Below, piece by piece: positions 46,914-56,990 of a stretch of DNA of 64,000 bases. The position numbers and the translations under genes were made by a program. Origin of the DNA: Candidatus Woesearchaeota archaeon (GTDB lineage Archaea; Nanobdellota; Nanobdellia; Woesearchaeales; ARS49); the NCBI GenBank assembly GCA_014729505.1, contig WJJS01000015.1, positions 35,300 to 99,299 of the forward strand, given 5' to 3'. How positions within the stretch are numbered: the stretch's first letter is position 1; each line of letters begins with the position of its first letter. The notes beneath the pieces are model-generated. The model saw only the letters and a list, made by a program, of their open reading frames with translations, was not told the origin of the DNA and searched no databases.

Positions 46914-48473
46914 TTGATAGCAAAAGTTATTATAGTTGTCAGTCCCCTTAAGAAAAAAATGTTGCACAAAAGAGGTAGAACACAACATACTGCAGGAATA
47001 CTGTTCTTGTTTATCATCGTGCTAGCGGCAAATGCCGTCATAGCGTTTCATGGTTCTGAATGTACTACTTTGAGAGATTGTCCAACGTATTGTGTGCAAA
47101 ACATCATTTACGAAGAACCGTCCTGTGTTGAAGGGTATTGCGAATACCATGTTCGCCAGTGTCCTGATAACGAATATTGTTATGTAGAATCCTACTGGCC
47201 AACTGCAGTATACCCGGATCAGGCCCGAACAATTGGAGGACAGCCCTTTTTAAGCGCAACAGAAGCTACTTTTGCATGCAAACCTAAAACAGGAACCACT
47301 TGCGGCAATTTTCGCCTGAATGAGGGCGAAGAATGCGATCCTCCATCCGGATTAGGACAATCCGCTCAATGTGTCATCACTTTAGCAGATCAAGAATTTG
47401 TTGATGAGTACTATGATCAAAAGATGAGCTACACTGATAGCGTGGTATTAGCGCGAATGCAACATTACGGGTGTAATGATCAATGCAAATGCTTCGCTTT
47501 TTTCTGTGGTGACGAAATCGTATCAGATTTTCACACCGCTCCCTCGCCTAAGTACAGAGACGAACCATGGTACGATGAGGGCCTTGAGAAGGATATTGAT
47601 AATGAAGAATGCGACCCTCCGGGAACTCCCCACCCTACAAATCCATCACTGCGCTGTGATGCATACTGTCAATGGAATGAAATCGGTCAAGAATCAGTTC
47701 CGCCTGAATGTCATCGTAACGAAGACTGCGCAAAACGATTTCCTGCTAGGTGCAAAAACGAATTAGAGCTCACCATTCCCTGGTGTAAGGACAGTACATG
47801 CACACAAGGAATCTATGAATGTGATGATGATCAGGAATGCAGAAATGAACCAGAACCGGGATGTTATATCAGAGAATCGCGACCAGCAGAAGAACCTGCA
47901 ACAGAAACAACTTCTGCCTTCCCGCAAACAGTTGAAAAATTACAAAAAGCAATGAAAAACAATACCAAATTTTCTTACCGCGGCATAGAACTGCCCAAAG
48001 GAAACTATCAATTTATTATCACAGACAATGCTGCGTTCGTCGAAAGAAAGTATGCGCTTGACATCACAGAGACAAGCCTGTTATTAACCACCGGTCCTCG
48101 ATCCACTACTCTGGTAACCTCCTCAAAAGACGCGCAGCACGTTCTTGATCTCCTCAATGAAGAATCGTACTTTGTCGCAGCAACATTTGCACAACGGCAC
48201 TTTATACAGAATTCGCCACGTCTGGTCGACAATATAGAGGCAGCAATAACGCGAACACTATCTGCAAACCTCGAACGCCATCAAAACTCAATACTCAGAG
48301 CTCAAGACGTTCGCAATCAGGAACTCCCGCTAGCAAGCGCGGCGATAGAACAAACTACGAGTTTCATAAGAACTGCATTTACTCCCGTTCTCGCTCTGCC
48401 TGATCTTATTAGTAACATTCGCGAACAAATCCAATTACCTGCATCCTTAAGAGGGACTCATGAAATCATCTAA
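46914..48473 (+). CDS. secreted cysteine-rich protein with repeated GEECDPP motifs
   Basis: N-terminal hydrophobic signal/anchor; about 40 Cys; two ...EECDPP... repeats resembling the myxococcal cysteine-rich repeat. Confidence 0.5.
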   Translation: MIAKVIIVVSPLKKKMLHKRGRTQHTAGILFLFIIVLAANAVIAFHGSECTTLRDCPTYCVQNIIYEEPSCVEGYCEYHVRQCPDNEYCYVESYWPTAVYPDQARTIGGQPFLSATEATFACKPKTGTTCGNFRLNEGEECDPPSGLGQSAQCVITLADQEFVDEYYDQKMSYTDSVVLARMQHYGCNDQCKCFAFFCGDEIVSDFHTAPSPKYRDEPWYDEGLEKDIDNEECDPPGTPHPTNPSLRCDAYCQWNEIGQESVPPECHRNEDCAKRFPARCKNELELTIPWCKDSTCTQGIYECDDDQECRNEPEPGCYIRESRPAEEPATETTSAFPQTVEKLQKAMKNNTKFSYRGIELPKGNYQFIITDNAAFVERKYALDITETSLLLTTGPRSTTLVTSSKDAQHVLDLLNEESYFVAATFAQRHFIQNSPRLVDNIEAAITRTLSANLERHQNSILRAQDVRNQELPLASAAIEQTTSFIRTAFTPVLALPDLISNIREQIQLPASLRGTHEII

Positions 48474-49137
48474 TATACTCTTTGAACCATACCGACGTTT
48501 TGGTCACACCTTTACCATAGCTTTGCTGCTTTGTTTTGGAATAGTATTTTTTACTTTAGCAGAAGGAGCGCGATTCGCTTCGTATCTCGGGGTGATTCAG
48601 GACACGGTAGTATCAATTATTGTTCAAACAGTATTACTACTTGGAGGAATGCTGTTTTTCATATACTTTCTAGGATTGCTCTTTGCACCTACGCGCAGAC
48701 ATAAGAACAGCATATCCGAGACAGGCGTAAAACTATTTTTTGTTATTTCTATCTATCTCGTCATGTACTCTCTGGCTTTCTTCATTCCAACGATTGCAGG
48801 AACCATCTTTCGATGGATACTCCTCGCATTTTTACTGGTGTTTTTACCCTACATACTGCTGCGCGTCACTACCGGACGCTTTATGGACGCTTTTGCGTAT
48901 GGTACTCTTTTTTCAGGCATTACTAAAAAGTATTTCCTCACATGGCTACAACTCATTCCACTTCTTGGGCTCTACTGTGGTATTCTTGCCGGATTAAGCG
49001 CATTGCTGTTGCGAATACCTGTGGGTCAAACAATGTTTATTGCAGTCTATGCTGTCGGCATATTTCTTTGTTGTGTGTTAATCAGTGCAGGACTCCTCTC
49101 TGCAGTAGCATTGTTGCGGACTGCAAAACACCACTAA
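48460..49137 (+). CDS. polytopic membrane protein
   Basis: 6 TM helices. Confidence 0.4.
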   Translation: MKSSNILFEPYRRFGHTFTIALLLCFGIVFFTLAEGARFASYLGVIQDTVVSIIVQTVLLLGGMLFFIYFLGLLFAPTRRHKNSISETGVKLFFVISIYLVMYSLAFFIPTIAGTIFRWILLAFLLVFLPYILLRVTTGRFMDAFAYGTLFSGITKKYFLTWLQLIPLLGLYCGILAGLSALLLRIPVGQTMFIAVYAVGIFLCCVLISAGLLSAVALLRTAKHH

Positions 49138-49156
49138 TCAGGAAACTGTTTTATAC

Positions 49157-49789
49157 TTGCGATTCTTTCTCTTTGTTATGGATCTGTATAGAGTTATTGA
49201 AAAGAGGAGAAGTGTGCGGGCATTTATGCCAGATGAAATAGAATTTGACAAGATCGCAAACATCATCGAAGCGGCACGTCACGCGCCAAGCGCAGGCAAC
49301 CTCCAAGCATGGAAGTTCATAGTCATTTGGGAGGAAAAAACGCGACACGCTATTGCAGAACTCTGTGTGCGACAGGAATGGATAGCACAAGCGCCGGTAC
49401 TTATTGTAGTGTGTGCAGAACTCGAAGCGGAAAAAGAATTCTACGGTCAGCGAGGAGAATTATACGCACTGCAAAGCGCAGCAGCAGCAACTGAGCACCT
49501 CCTGCTGGCTGCAACAAAAGAAGGATTAGGCTCTTGTTGGGTTGGAGCGTTTCAAGAAGGACAAGTCTCGCGATTACTCGAGATTCCAGACAAAGCACGA
49601 CCTACAGCCATCATTGCACTGGGCTATCACGAAGGCGGAGTTGCCCCTATGGTCAAGAAAAAAGTAGAGGATATTACTTTCTTTCACAAATGGGGCAATC
49701 GCACAAGCGATCTTATAGCCAAAAAGCATGAATATTATAAGTACTTAGAGAAGATACTACAGAAAGGAAAAGCATTGCTTTCCAAATAA
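49157..49789 (+). CDS. nitroreductase-family flavoprotein
   Basis: RRSVRAF...PSAGNLQAWKF nitroreductase signature. Confidence 0.8.
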   Translation: MRFFLFVMDLYRVIEKRRSVRAFMPDEIEFDKIANIIEAARHAPSAGNLQAWKFIVIWEEKTRHAIAELCVRQEWIAQAPVLIVVCAELEAEKEFYGQRGELYALQSAAAATEHLLLAATKEGLGSCWVGAFQEGQVSRLLEIPDKARPTAIIALGYHEGGVAPMVKKKVEDITFFHKWGNRTSDLIAKKHEYYKYLEKILQKGKALLSK

Positions 49790-49833
49790 AAAATAGACGA
49801 TATCTTTAAAAATGCTGTTCTAGACGCACTCCT

Positions 49834-50313
49834 ATGAGTGTAGGACTTCAACGAGATCTAATAGACATTGTCTCCTTTTCTGCAAACCCTTTATCTGAAG
49901 AGGCAAAACCGCTTGTCAAAAAGTTTTTGCAATATGCAGGGCTTCGCACACCCGAATACCAAGAATCAATGAAAGGAGTGTGGGCCCGGCTCCTTGTAGA
50001 AGGATGTACAATGTGTGAAAGAGCAAAAGTCACGTATTTCAACCTAGGATCTCATGATACTGCAACTGAGTATGTGCGACCAATAGTAATGGATCATTTC
50101 GCCGTCTTTGATATCTGCATACTCGAACCAGCACAAGTTGTCTATTCGCATGTTCGCGCCACACAACCACTCATGAGAGAATTGCAGCGAGTGGATCGTT
50201 TAGAACGGTACAGTGCAAGTGTACTCAGTGTTAATCTGTGCGACGCCACCTTGAAGAAAGGTGCAACAGCAATTAGTGACATTCACCGCGCATGGAACGA
50301 AAAATCGCGCTAG
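49834..50313 (+). CDS. hypothetical protein
   Basis: 159 aa, no recognisable domain. Confidence 0.35.
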   Translation: MSVGLQRDLIDIVSFSANPLSEEAKPLVKKFLQYAGLRTPEYQESMKGVWARLLVEGCTMCERAKVTYFNLGSHDTATEYVRPIVMDHFAVFDICILEPAQVVYSHVRATQPLMRELQRVDRLERYSASVLSVNLCDATLKKGATAISDIHRAWNEKSR

Positions 50314-50612
50314 TTTTGCAAAAAAGAGTTATTTCTCGTCGGGAAAATACAACAATTATGTAGTCTTACCTCTATGTTAAACAATAATTAAGCTTAAATA
50401 CTAGAAATGATTACCAAAGAAATTAAGGTTACGAGTTTTGGCGAACTCGTTTTGGTTGGTAATTTGACTGAAAGTTTCTGATTGGCGTCAGACTTTCATT
50501 GGCACCGGTCACGTTTGTTGGCGCAAACAAGACCGAACTGGTTCTAAGAGAGTAGGGAGTAAACGTTCCTAATAAACATTTCGGTAGTGTAAACTACAAA
50601 AGACAACCAAAA

Positions 50613-50618
50613 GGGGGG
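50613..50618 (+). promoter_or_regulatory. strong Shine-Dalgarno (GGGGGG) for ftsZ
   Basis: G6 tract 8 nt upstream of the ATG at 50627, at the end of a ~300-nt leader. Confidence 0.4.
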
Positions 50619-50626
50619 TTAAAACA

Positions 50627-51688
50627 ATGGATTTTTTCCTGGAAAAGGCAAAAGAACAACAACTAAATTTCGGAGCACAAGAAGTGGGCCGAGCAAATAT
50701 TAAAGTAATCGGATCAGGCGGATCCGGCAACAACATGGTCACCTGGCTGTACAAGCGAGGGATCAAAGGCGCCGAAATACTGGCGTGCAATACAGACACG
50801 CAACACCTGAACATTTCTGAAGCTGATAAAAAATTCCTTATTGGAAAAGATATCACACGAGGACTGGGATGCGGTGGTTTTCCAGAAAAAGGAAAAGACT
50901 CTGCAGTAGAAAGTATCAACGAAATCAAAGAACTACTCAAACCATCAGACATGGTCTTTGTCTGTGCAGGCATGGGAGGCGGTACAGGAACGGGAAGTGC
51001 CCCAGTGATAGCACAAGTCGCCCGCGATCTTGGAGCAATAGTTGTAGGAGTAGTAACCATGCCCTTTACGATCGAACGTGCACGCCTTGAAAAAGCAGAG
51101 TTTGGACTAGATGCGCTGCGCAGAACAACAGACACGGTCATAACAATCGACAACAATCGCTTGGTCAAAATAGCAGGCAATCTGCCTATCCAACAAGCGT
51201 TTGCTGTAGCAAACGAACTCATCGCGACAATGATCAAAGGCATCGTAGAAACGATCAGCATGCCAAGCCTGGTCAACCTCGACTTTGCAGATGTCCATGC
51301 GATCATGAAAAACGGAGGCATCGCTGCTATCGGCGTAGGCACTTCAGACACTGCAAACCGCGTACCAGAAGCAGTCAAAGGAGCATTAGAAAACCCACTG
51401 CTTGACATTGACTACAATGGAGCGACCGGAGCACTCATCCATGTCTGGGGAGGTACAGATCTCACGCTTGACGAAATCAACCAAGCAGGAGAGCTCGTCA
51501 CCGACAAATTAGACGAGGATGCCAATGTGATCTGGGGAGCACGCGTCAGCGAGGACATGAACGGCAAACTCATGGTGATGACAATAGTTACCGGAGTCAA
51601 CACGCCGTTTGCGTACACAAAACGCGGCCTTGTCCAGGAACGAAAAACGTACAACGACGAGTTGGGCATAGAATTGCTCAACGACTAA
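50627..51688 (+). CDS. ftsZ: cell division GTPase FtsZ
   Basis: Tubulin signature GGGTGTG and full FtsZ architecture. Confidence 0.92.
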   Translation: MDFFLEKAKEQQLNFGAQEVGRANIKVIGSGGSGNNMVTWLYKRGIKGAEILACNTDTQHLNISEADKKFLIGKDITRGLGCGGFPEKGKDSAVESINEIKELLKPSDMVFVCAGMGGGTGTGSAPVIAQVARDLGAIVVGVVTMPFTIERARLEKAEFGLDALRRTTDTVITIDNNRLVKIAGNLPIQQAFAVANELIATMIKGIVETISMPSLVNLDFADVHAIMKNGGIAAIGVGTSDTANRVPEAVKGALENPLLDIDYNGATGALIHVWGGTDLTLDEINQAGELVTDKLDEDANVIWGARVSEDMNGKLMVMTIVTGVNTPFAYTKRGLVQERKTYNDELGIELLND

Positions 51689-51762
51689 GGCTCACCACCA
51701 CGGTGTATTCTCGCCTTTCCTGATACCACCCCCAAACCCTTAGGAAAGGCAACGCCCCTTCC

Positions 51763-52206
51763 TTGCCCCCGCATGGAAGGGCTCTTTTTACTATGGTAGC
51801 CGAGACAGAACTTTTGGGACGCGCACTTTTAGCAGTAGGAGTTGGCGCGCTCATCGGACTTGAGCGAGAAATACGACGAAGTCCTGCAGGACTGCGAACA
51901 CATACCCTGGTCTGTTTGGGATCCGCACTTTTTACTATTGCCTCAATTACTATTGGCGGCAACGCAGACATTTCCCGCATCGCAGGACAAGTAGCAGTAG
52001 GTATAGGATTTCTCGGTGGCGGCGTGATCTTCAAACTCAAAGACAGAGTCGTAGGTCTTACCACTGCAGCAGATTTATGGGTGGTTGCAGCACTAGGACT
52101 TCTCATAGGCATTGGACAGTACCTGCTGGTCTTTGTCTCACTCGCACTCGTATTGTTCCTCCTCATAGGCGGCGCGTTTCTTGAAAAAAAAGGTTTGCAC
52201 ACATGA
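51763..52206 (+). CDS. MgtC/SapB family membrane protein
   Basis: GLEREIRRSPAGLRTHTLVCLGSA and GLTTAADLW motifs. Confidence 0.75.
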   Translation: MPPHGRALFTMVAETELLGRALLAVGVGALIGLEREIRRSPAGLRTHTLVCLGSALFTIASITIGGNADISRIAGQVAVGIGFLGGGVIFKLKDRVVGLTTAADLWVVAALGLLIGIGQYLLVFVSLALVLFLLIGGAFLEKKGLHT

Positions 52207-52967
52207 GTCTGGCATTCATAGGACTAGGACTAGCAACAGAACAAGACGTAAGCACAGGAGCACTTGAACTCATACAAAAAGCAGACGTTCTCTACCTAGA
52301 AACATATACTTCTGTTCTGCAATGTAGTATCAAAGACCTGGAGAAATTTTATGGTCATGATATTATCAAAGCAGACCGAGAACTCGTTGAGCAACGAGCA
52401 GAAGACACGATACTCCACGATGCGAAAACACAACAAGTCTGCTTTCTAGTCATCGGCGACGTGTTCAGCGCAACTACGCATCTGGATCTCTATCGTCGCG
52501 CAAAAGAACTCCGCATACCAATCAGCGTCCATCATAATGCCTCCGTGCTGACAGCCGTGGGCGCCACTGGATTACAACTCTACAAATTTGGCAAAGTCAC
52601 CTCAATCCCCCTAGAACATGAACAGGTGACCACTCCCTACGAATATCTAGGCCAGAACAAATCCATTGGTGCCCACACGCTGTTTCTCCTCGATCTTCGA
52701 CCAGATGAGAACCGATTTCTTTTGATTCGTGAAGCAATAGAGTACCTCTTACAACAAGAATCAAAACAGAAAAAAGGATTGCTCACCAAGAAAACCAAGG
52801 CAATAGGTTGTGCCCGGTTGGGAAGCAAGGACGCAGTGATACACTATGGAACACTTGAAGCATTGACAAGACAAGAATTTGGCAACGCACCATATTGTCT
52901 CATCATTCCAGGAGTTTTGCACTTCATGGAAGAAGAAACACTACAACTCTATACTATCAGACAATGA
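52203..52967 (+). CDS. dph5: diphthine synthase (tetrapyrrole-methylase superfamily)
   Basis: MSLAFIGLGL... N-terminus; typical Dph5 length and motifs; ATGA-coupled to the MgtC gene. Confidence 0.85.
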   Translation: MSLAFIGLGLATEQDVSTGALELIQKADVLYLETYTSVLQCSIKDLEKFYGHDIIKADRELVEQRAEDTILHDAKTQQVCFLVIGDVFSATTHLDLYRRAKELRIPISVHHNASVLTAVGATGLQLYKFGKVTSIPLEHEQVTTPYEYLGQNKSIGAHTLFLLDLRPDENRFLLIREAIEYLLQQESKQKKGLLTKKTKAIGCARLGSKDAVIHYGTLEALTRQEFGNAPYCLIIPGVLHFMEEETLQLYTIRQ

Positions 52968-52986
52968 AAACCAACTATAAGGAAAT

Positions 52987-54057
52987 ATGCACATGGCCGC
53001 ACTAGACTGCTTACAGAAATCCATTGAACACGTCGAACTCCTCCTACACTGGTTTGCCACATCACATTTTAGCGGCCAATTACGAGATCTTCTCGAAGAT
53101 TATCAGCGCGATGCGCAAGCAATAGAAGAAAGCGGTGCTTCAGAAGACGAACAATTTGATGATCTAGTAGCACTTGAAGAAAGTGTGCAAATCCATTCCA
53201 AAGAATTTGATTATTCATCAGGACTCCATCGATTACAAGTAGTAGCCGGACAAGTCCTCACCTGTATACAAGATATTTTGACCTCGCTAACAGGTTCTAC
53301 TGTTGCACATCCTACTATTCCAGGACTTCACGAACCACGAACAACAGTTGAAGACAGAATAACACTTGTTAAAAAAGAATGTAGCGAAGAATTTCAAAAA
53401 GCAGAGAACGCCGCGCGCACGATCGCGTCATACACTCCTTCGATCATTACTGCACTAGACAATCAACGATTCAAAGAAGCACAAGATCTCACCCTTGCGT
53501 GCCGCCAGATAGTACAAGACATCATCACCTCTCTTACCCGCGTGCTAGCACTATTACGCTCCCTTCTCAGCGGAGTAACGTACAAATACTACAAACATAG
53601 CTATTACTGGACGTATGATAGTGCGTATGCGACAGAATTGCAAGAAGGCCATGTGCTTAGGGGAGTACTCAATGTTGTACACGCCGTCCAAACAAAAATA
53701 GCAGAAATGCTTGATGAGGGAAAACCGCTACCTGATAACGCGTTTCAACTCTCCATGCGAACAGGAACAATAGAACAAACAAGTGGCGGACTTATGATGG
53801 GAAGACAGGATGCAGGCAAACATACACGAATACTGTTTTACTGTTACAGAAAACCACACACATCCGTAATCGACATTCGATTCTGTGAATACATCGGACA
53901 CGATACTCATAACGAAGGAGTAGCAAAAAATAAAGGACGTTATGCAGATCTCATCAATGGCCTGCTCGCCAGAAACACATATGGAGCGATTCATCACGAA
54001 GACAAGGATTTTAACGAGACCTGGATATATTGTGCAACGGTGGCAGATATCCTCTGA
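52987..54057 (+). CDS. hypothetical protein
   Basis: 356 aa, helical, no recognisable domain. Confidence 0.35.
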   Translation: MHMAALDCLQKSIEHVELLLHWFATSHFSGQLRDLLEDYQRDAQAIEESGASEDEQFDDLVALEESVQIHSKEFDYSSGLHRLQVVAGQVLTCIQDILTSLTGSTVAHPTIPGLHEPRTTVEDRITLVKKECSEEFQKAENAARTIASYTPSIITALDNQRFKEAQDLTLACRQIVQDIITSLTRVLALLRSLLSGVTYKYYKHSYYWTYDSAYATELQEGHVLRGVLNVVHAVQTKIAEMLDEGKPLPDNAFQLSMRTGTIEQTSGGLMMGRQDAGKHTRILFYCYRKPHTSVIDIRFCEYIGHDTHNEGVAKNKGRYADLINGLLARNTYGAIHHEDKDFNETWIYCATVADIL

Positions 54058-54547
54058 AAAAATACTTCGTACGCTCACAAATATCTGCAACATTCCAAGA
54101 AGTCACATCAAGTGCACAAGGCTCCAACAACCATGAAGAACTTTCATAAGGATCCTGACTGTTATCCTCTAGCGAATACAGCATCAAACGATCCTTCTTT
54201 CGCGCAATAGTAAGAGCTGCCTGAGGTCCCTGAACACTAATGGAATCCTCAACATAACGGTTCTCAGTCATGTGCACAAGATCTAGAAAAAGACGCTCTG
54301 GGACTCTGCCCTCGCGAAGCATAGTAACTACGTCGTCACATAAAAACTCATGTCTTGCATACGCGTTAGGAACGCCATGAACAGTACTGGAGTACGTCAG
54401 AGAAGGAGCGCAATCATGTATTTTATTCAATGATAAGGAAAAAGGATCCGCAGAGCCGTGAGTATCTGTACGAGATTCGCCGCACGACGCCCTCAAACGC
54501 GCATACACTGCGCTCACCACCTCATCTTGAAAAAAGATGTCCCCCAT
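54011..54547 (-). CDS. hypothetical protein
   Basis: 178 aa; its 3' end overlaps the previous gene by 47 bp. Confidence 0.3.
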   Translation of the reverse strand: MGDIFFQDEVVSAVYARLRASCGESRTDTHGSADPFSLSLNKIHDCAPSLTYSSTVHGVPNAYARHEFLCDDVVTMLREGRVPERLFLDLVHMTENRYVEDSISVQGPQAALTIARKKDRLMLYSLEDNSQDPYESSSWLLEPCALDVTSWNVADICERTKYFFRGYLPPLHNISRSR

Positions 54548-54611
54548 ACCGTTTTTGTGCTCTCATCCCTTTTAAGACTTACGGACACCTGCGACAATGA
54601 CAAGAAGAATA

Positions 54612-54619
54612 TTTATAAA
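54612..54619 (+). promoter_or_regulatory. TATA box upstream of the tRNA-Gln leader / pseudo-tRNA
   Basis: TTTATAAA about 29 bp upstream of 54645; no comparable TATA directly upstream of the intact tRNA-Gln. Confidence 0.45.
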
Positions 54620-54644
54620 GGACGCAAGGGTTTTTTCGCACAAC

Positions 54645-54739
54645 AGTCCCGTAGTGTAGTGGTCCTGCGCAAATCTGCGATTTGCTGGTCTCGCCTCGCA
54701 AGCTCGGCAAGAAATCATCAGGCACTTCATTACAACAAC
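54645..54739 (+). pseudogene. truncated duplicate of the tRNA-Gln 5' part with a 47-nt insertion carrying a GCAAATC-TGC-GATTTGC hairpin (likely leader of the tRNA-Gln transcript)
   Basis: 54645-54664 is identical to tRNA-Gln positions 1-20 (plus 4 upstream nt); after the insert, AATCATCAGGCACTT matches tRNA-Gln 21-35 with 1 mismatch; no T arm or 3' acceptor. Confidence 0.6.
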
Positions 54740-54812
54740 AGTCCCGTAGTGTAGTGGTCAATCATCTGGCACTTTGGATGCTAGGACGGCGGTTCGAATC
54801 CGCCCGGGACTA
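54740..54812 (+). tRNA. tRNA-Gln (UUG)
   Basis: Acceptor AGTCCCG/CGGGACT, anticodon stem TGGCA/TGCTA, loop CTTTGGA, T arm GGCGG-TTCGAAT-CCGCC, discriminator A. Confidence 0.75.
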
Positions 54813-54827
54813 TCTCGAGGTGACATC

Positions 54828-55535
54828 ATGACTGACATATATTCTCTAAAAGTTCAGGCACAACACTGCGACGCAACGATTCTACTCAACGGATTTCCAG
54901 TTGTTCGAGGAAACGTAGGTGCAGGAGGATACCCGATAAACCCTTATCTGGCCGGAGACAACACGCTAGAAGTCACACTACAAGCAAGAGGGCAAGGAGC
55001 ACATTTTTCTGGAGGAATCAACATCGCACAAAAAGGAGGTGTCGTGAGTACAGACCGTCAACAAAGCGATTTGATGAACTTTTCATTCTCCAAAGAACTT
55101 GAAAAGGGACCATTGACAAAGACGTTTACTTTCACTAGCACAGGAGCAAACTTTAGCAACCGACTCGTTAGCGCCCCGATACTTGAAGACAAGAACGCGT
55201 TACTTGATTATGCAATGAACGTCCAAAAAGCAATACTCGACAAAGACAAAGAAGCACTGCAAAGACACATGAAAACAAAAATGCTAGACTATGCAAAAGC
55301 GTTTGGAGTGCCTGACGAACACATGCTACAAGAACTCGACAACTTTATTCACATGATGTTTCAAGAAAAGCCAATCCTCTTTACAAGAGAACAAGTGAAG
55401 GCGACGCCGTGGTGTGACAAACGCATCTGGGAACTCAAAGTCACACCTGACAACGCACTTTTGCGCACAAAAGAAGGATGGACCATGCCTGTCTTTGTAG
55501 GTCTTGTTGACGGAAAGATTACCATCGTACGTTAG
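54828..55535 (+). CDS. hypothetical protein
   Basis: 235 aa from the MTDIYS start; the ORF-track start at 54774 would overlap the tRNA. Confidence 0.4.
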   Translation: MTDIYSLKVQAQHCDATILLNGFPVVRGNVGAGGYPINPYLAGDNTLEVTLQARGQGAHFSGGINIAQKGGVVSTDRQQSDLMNFSFSKELEKGPLTKTFTFTSTGANFSNRLVSAPILEDKNALLDYAMNVQKAILDKDKEALQRHMKTKMLDYAKAFGVPDEHMLQELDNFIHMMFQEKPILFTREQVKATPWCDKRIWELKVTPDNALLRTKEGWTMPVFVGLVDGKITIVR

Positions 55536-55602
55536 GAAAATTCAGGCAGTATGTTGATCAATAAAAGAGTTTGCGCACCAAAGATGTTACACACTTCGCG
55601 CA

Positions 55603-56262
55603 TTACACTTTTTTTTGCAGTGCAAGAATAGCTTCCATCGTTTTGACCATATCCTCCTGTTGCACATAAATCAAAAATTCGGGAGGAACAATAATCATAT
55701 CTTCAATATTAATCTGCTGAATCGCAATTTCGCTTGCAATCTTTGCAAGAATGCCCTTTTGCTTGACTATCCGTTCATCAAAGACCACATTAATCTCTGC
55801 GAGATGTTCATTTCTTTTTTCAATATGTTTAGCAGGAATTACCTTCAACACTTCTTTCAGGTGGCTGTCTTCAACAATGATTTTAATCCAGCGCGACGCT
55901 TTACTTACGCGCACAAAATCCTTATCAGCACTCATATCAAGGACGCGAGCAACATATTTCTCCGCGCGACGATTAAGAGTTAGTGAAGTAACATTATTCT
56001 TGGACAGAATCTTTGCCTGATCAAACATACGATGAAATTTTTGTTCCATCGTAGAGGGTTTGCGTTCCTTGACATACCGGCGAATCGCAGAAATAATCGA
56101 ATCAATACTTCCCCTGACCTTCTTTTTTGTCATCAAGTAACGCGCAAGAGCGCGAATATTGATAATGTCTCGTGCAAGATCAGTCTTTATCGTCGCGTCT
56201 GCATCAATATGATTCCACACCGTTTTAGTAATGCTATTATTGCCCATGACTTGCGTACACAA
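55603..56262 (-). CDS. hypothetical protein (possible C-terminal ACT-like fold)
   Basis: 219 aa; no confident assignment. Confidence 0.35.
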   Translation of the reverse strand: MCTQVMGNNSITKTVWNHIDADATIKTDLARDIINIRALARYLMTKKKVRGSIDSIISAIRRYVKERKPSTMEQKFHRMFDQAKILSKNNVTSLTLNRRAEKYVARVLDMSADKDFVRVSKASRWIKIIVEDSHLKEVLKVIPAKHIEKRNEHLAEINVVFDERIVKQKGILAKIASEIAIQQINIEDMIIVPPEFLIYVQQEDMVKTMEAILALQKKV

Positions 56263-56450
56263 CGGTCAAAATGACATATTTGTGTAATGTTTCTCTCTAA
56301 ATGAATAATATGTGCCACAAACTTTATAAGTGTATGGGTTATCCTAGGCGATAATGGCGAATATGCTGAATACCAAGATTTACGTCTTTTGGTAGTCAGC
56401 GTGCTCTTTCTCCCGCCGCACGCAAATAAGGGGGAGAGAGCAGTAGGTGA

Positions 56451-56990
56451 GTGACAATGGAATATGACGCGGTTGAAATGGAAAACATGATGAAAGAAGG
56501 AATGCGCGAAGTCTACGTGGGTCGCGACGGCACCATGAGCAAAATTGCAGATACTTCCTATACACCACTGAACCGATCCTACTGGGGTCCTCGAAGAGAT
56601 ACCACACTACTCTGTTCAGTAGCAAAAGATACTAATGAACACCACATCACGCTACGATTCTTTGGCGCAGGACGCAATCCTGACAGAACCAAGGAACTCA
56701 CACAACTTGTGCGAACAGAAATGGGAAGCATACTGCCATGCCGCTCGAGAGGATTAGTCACTGCGTATGACGATAACGGTGGTTATGTATGCAATGATGA
56801 AAGAGGAAGGCCCGATGCGGTACAAGTCCGTGCAATAGTACACAACAATAACTCAAACACGCTTGAACTCTCCGTTAAAGGAGTGTATGGAGCACAGGAA
56901 CTAGAAGGTCCAGTACGAAGAATCATGCAAGGCATGCTCGCCATGCGAGAAGGACCAGAAAAAGAACTACCCCGAGGAGGATACTTCTAA
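56451..56990 (+). CDS. hypothetical protein
   Basis: 179 aa; TAATG overlap with the next ORF. Confidence 0.35.
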   Translation: MTMEYDAVEMENMMKEGMREVYVGRDGTMSKIADTSYTPLNRSYWGPRRDTTLLCSVAKDTNEHHITLRFFGAGRNPDRTKELTQLVRTEMGSILPCRSRGLVTAYDDNGGYVCNDERGRPDAVQVRAIVHNNNSNTLELSVKGVYGAQELEGPVRRIMQGMLAMREGPEKELPRGGYF

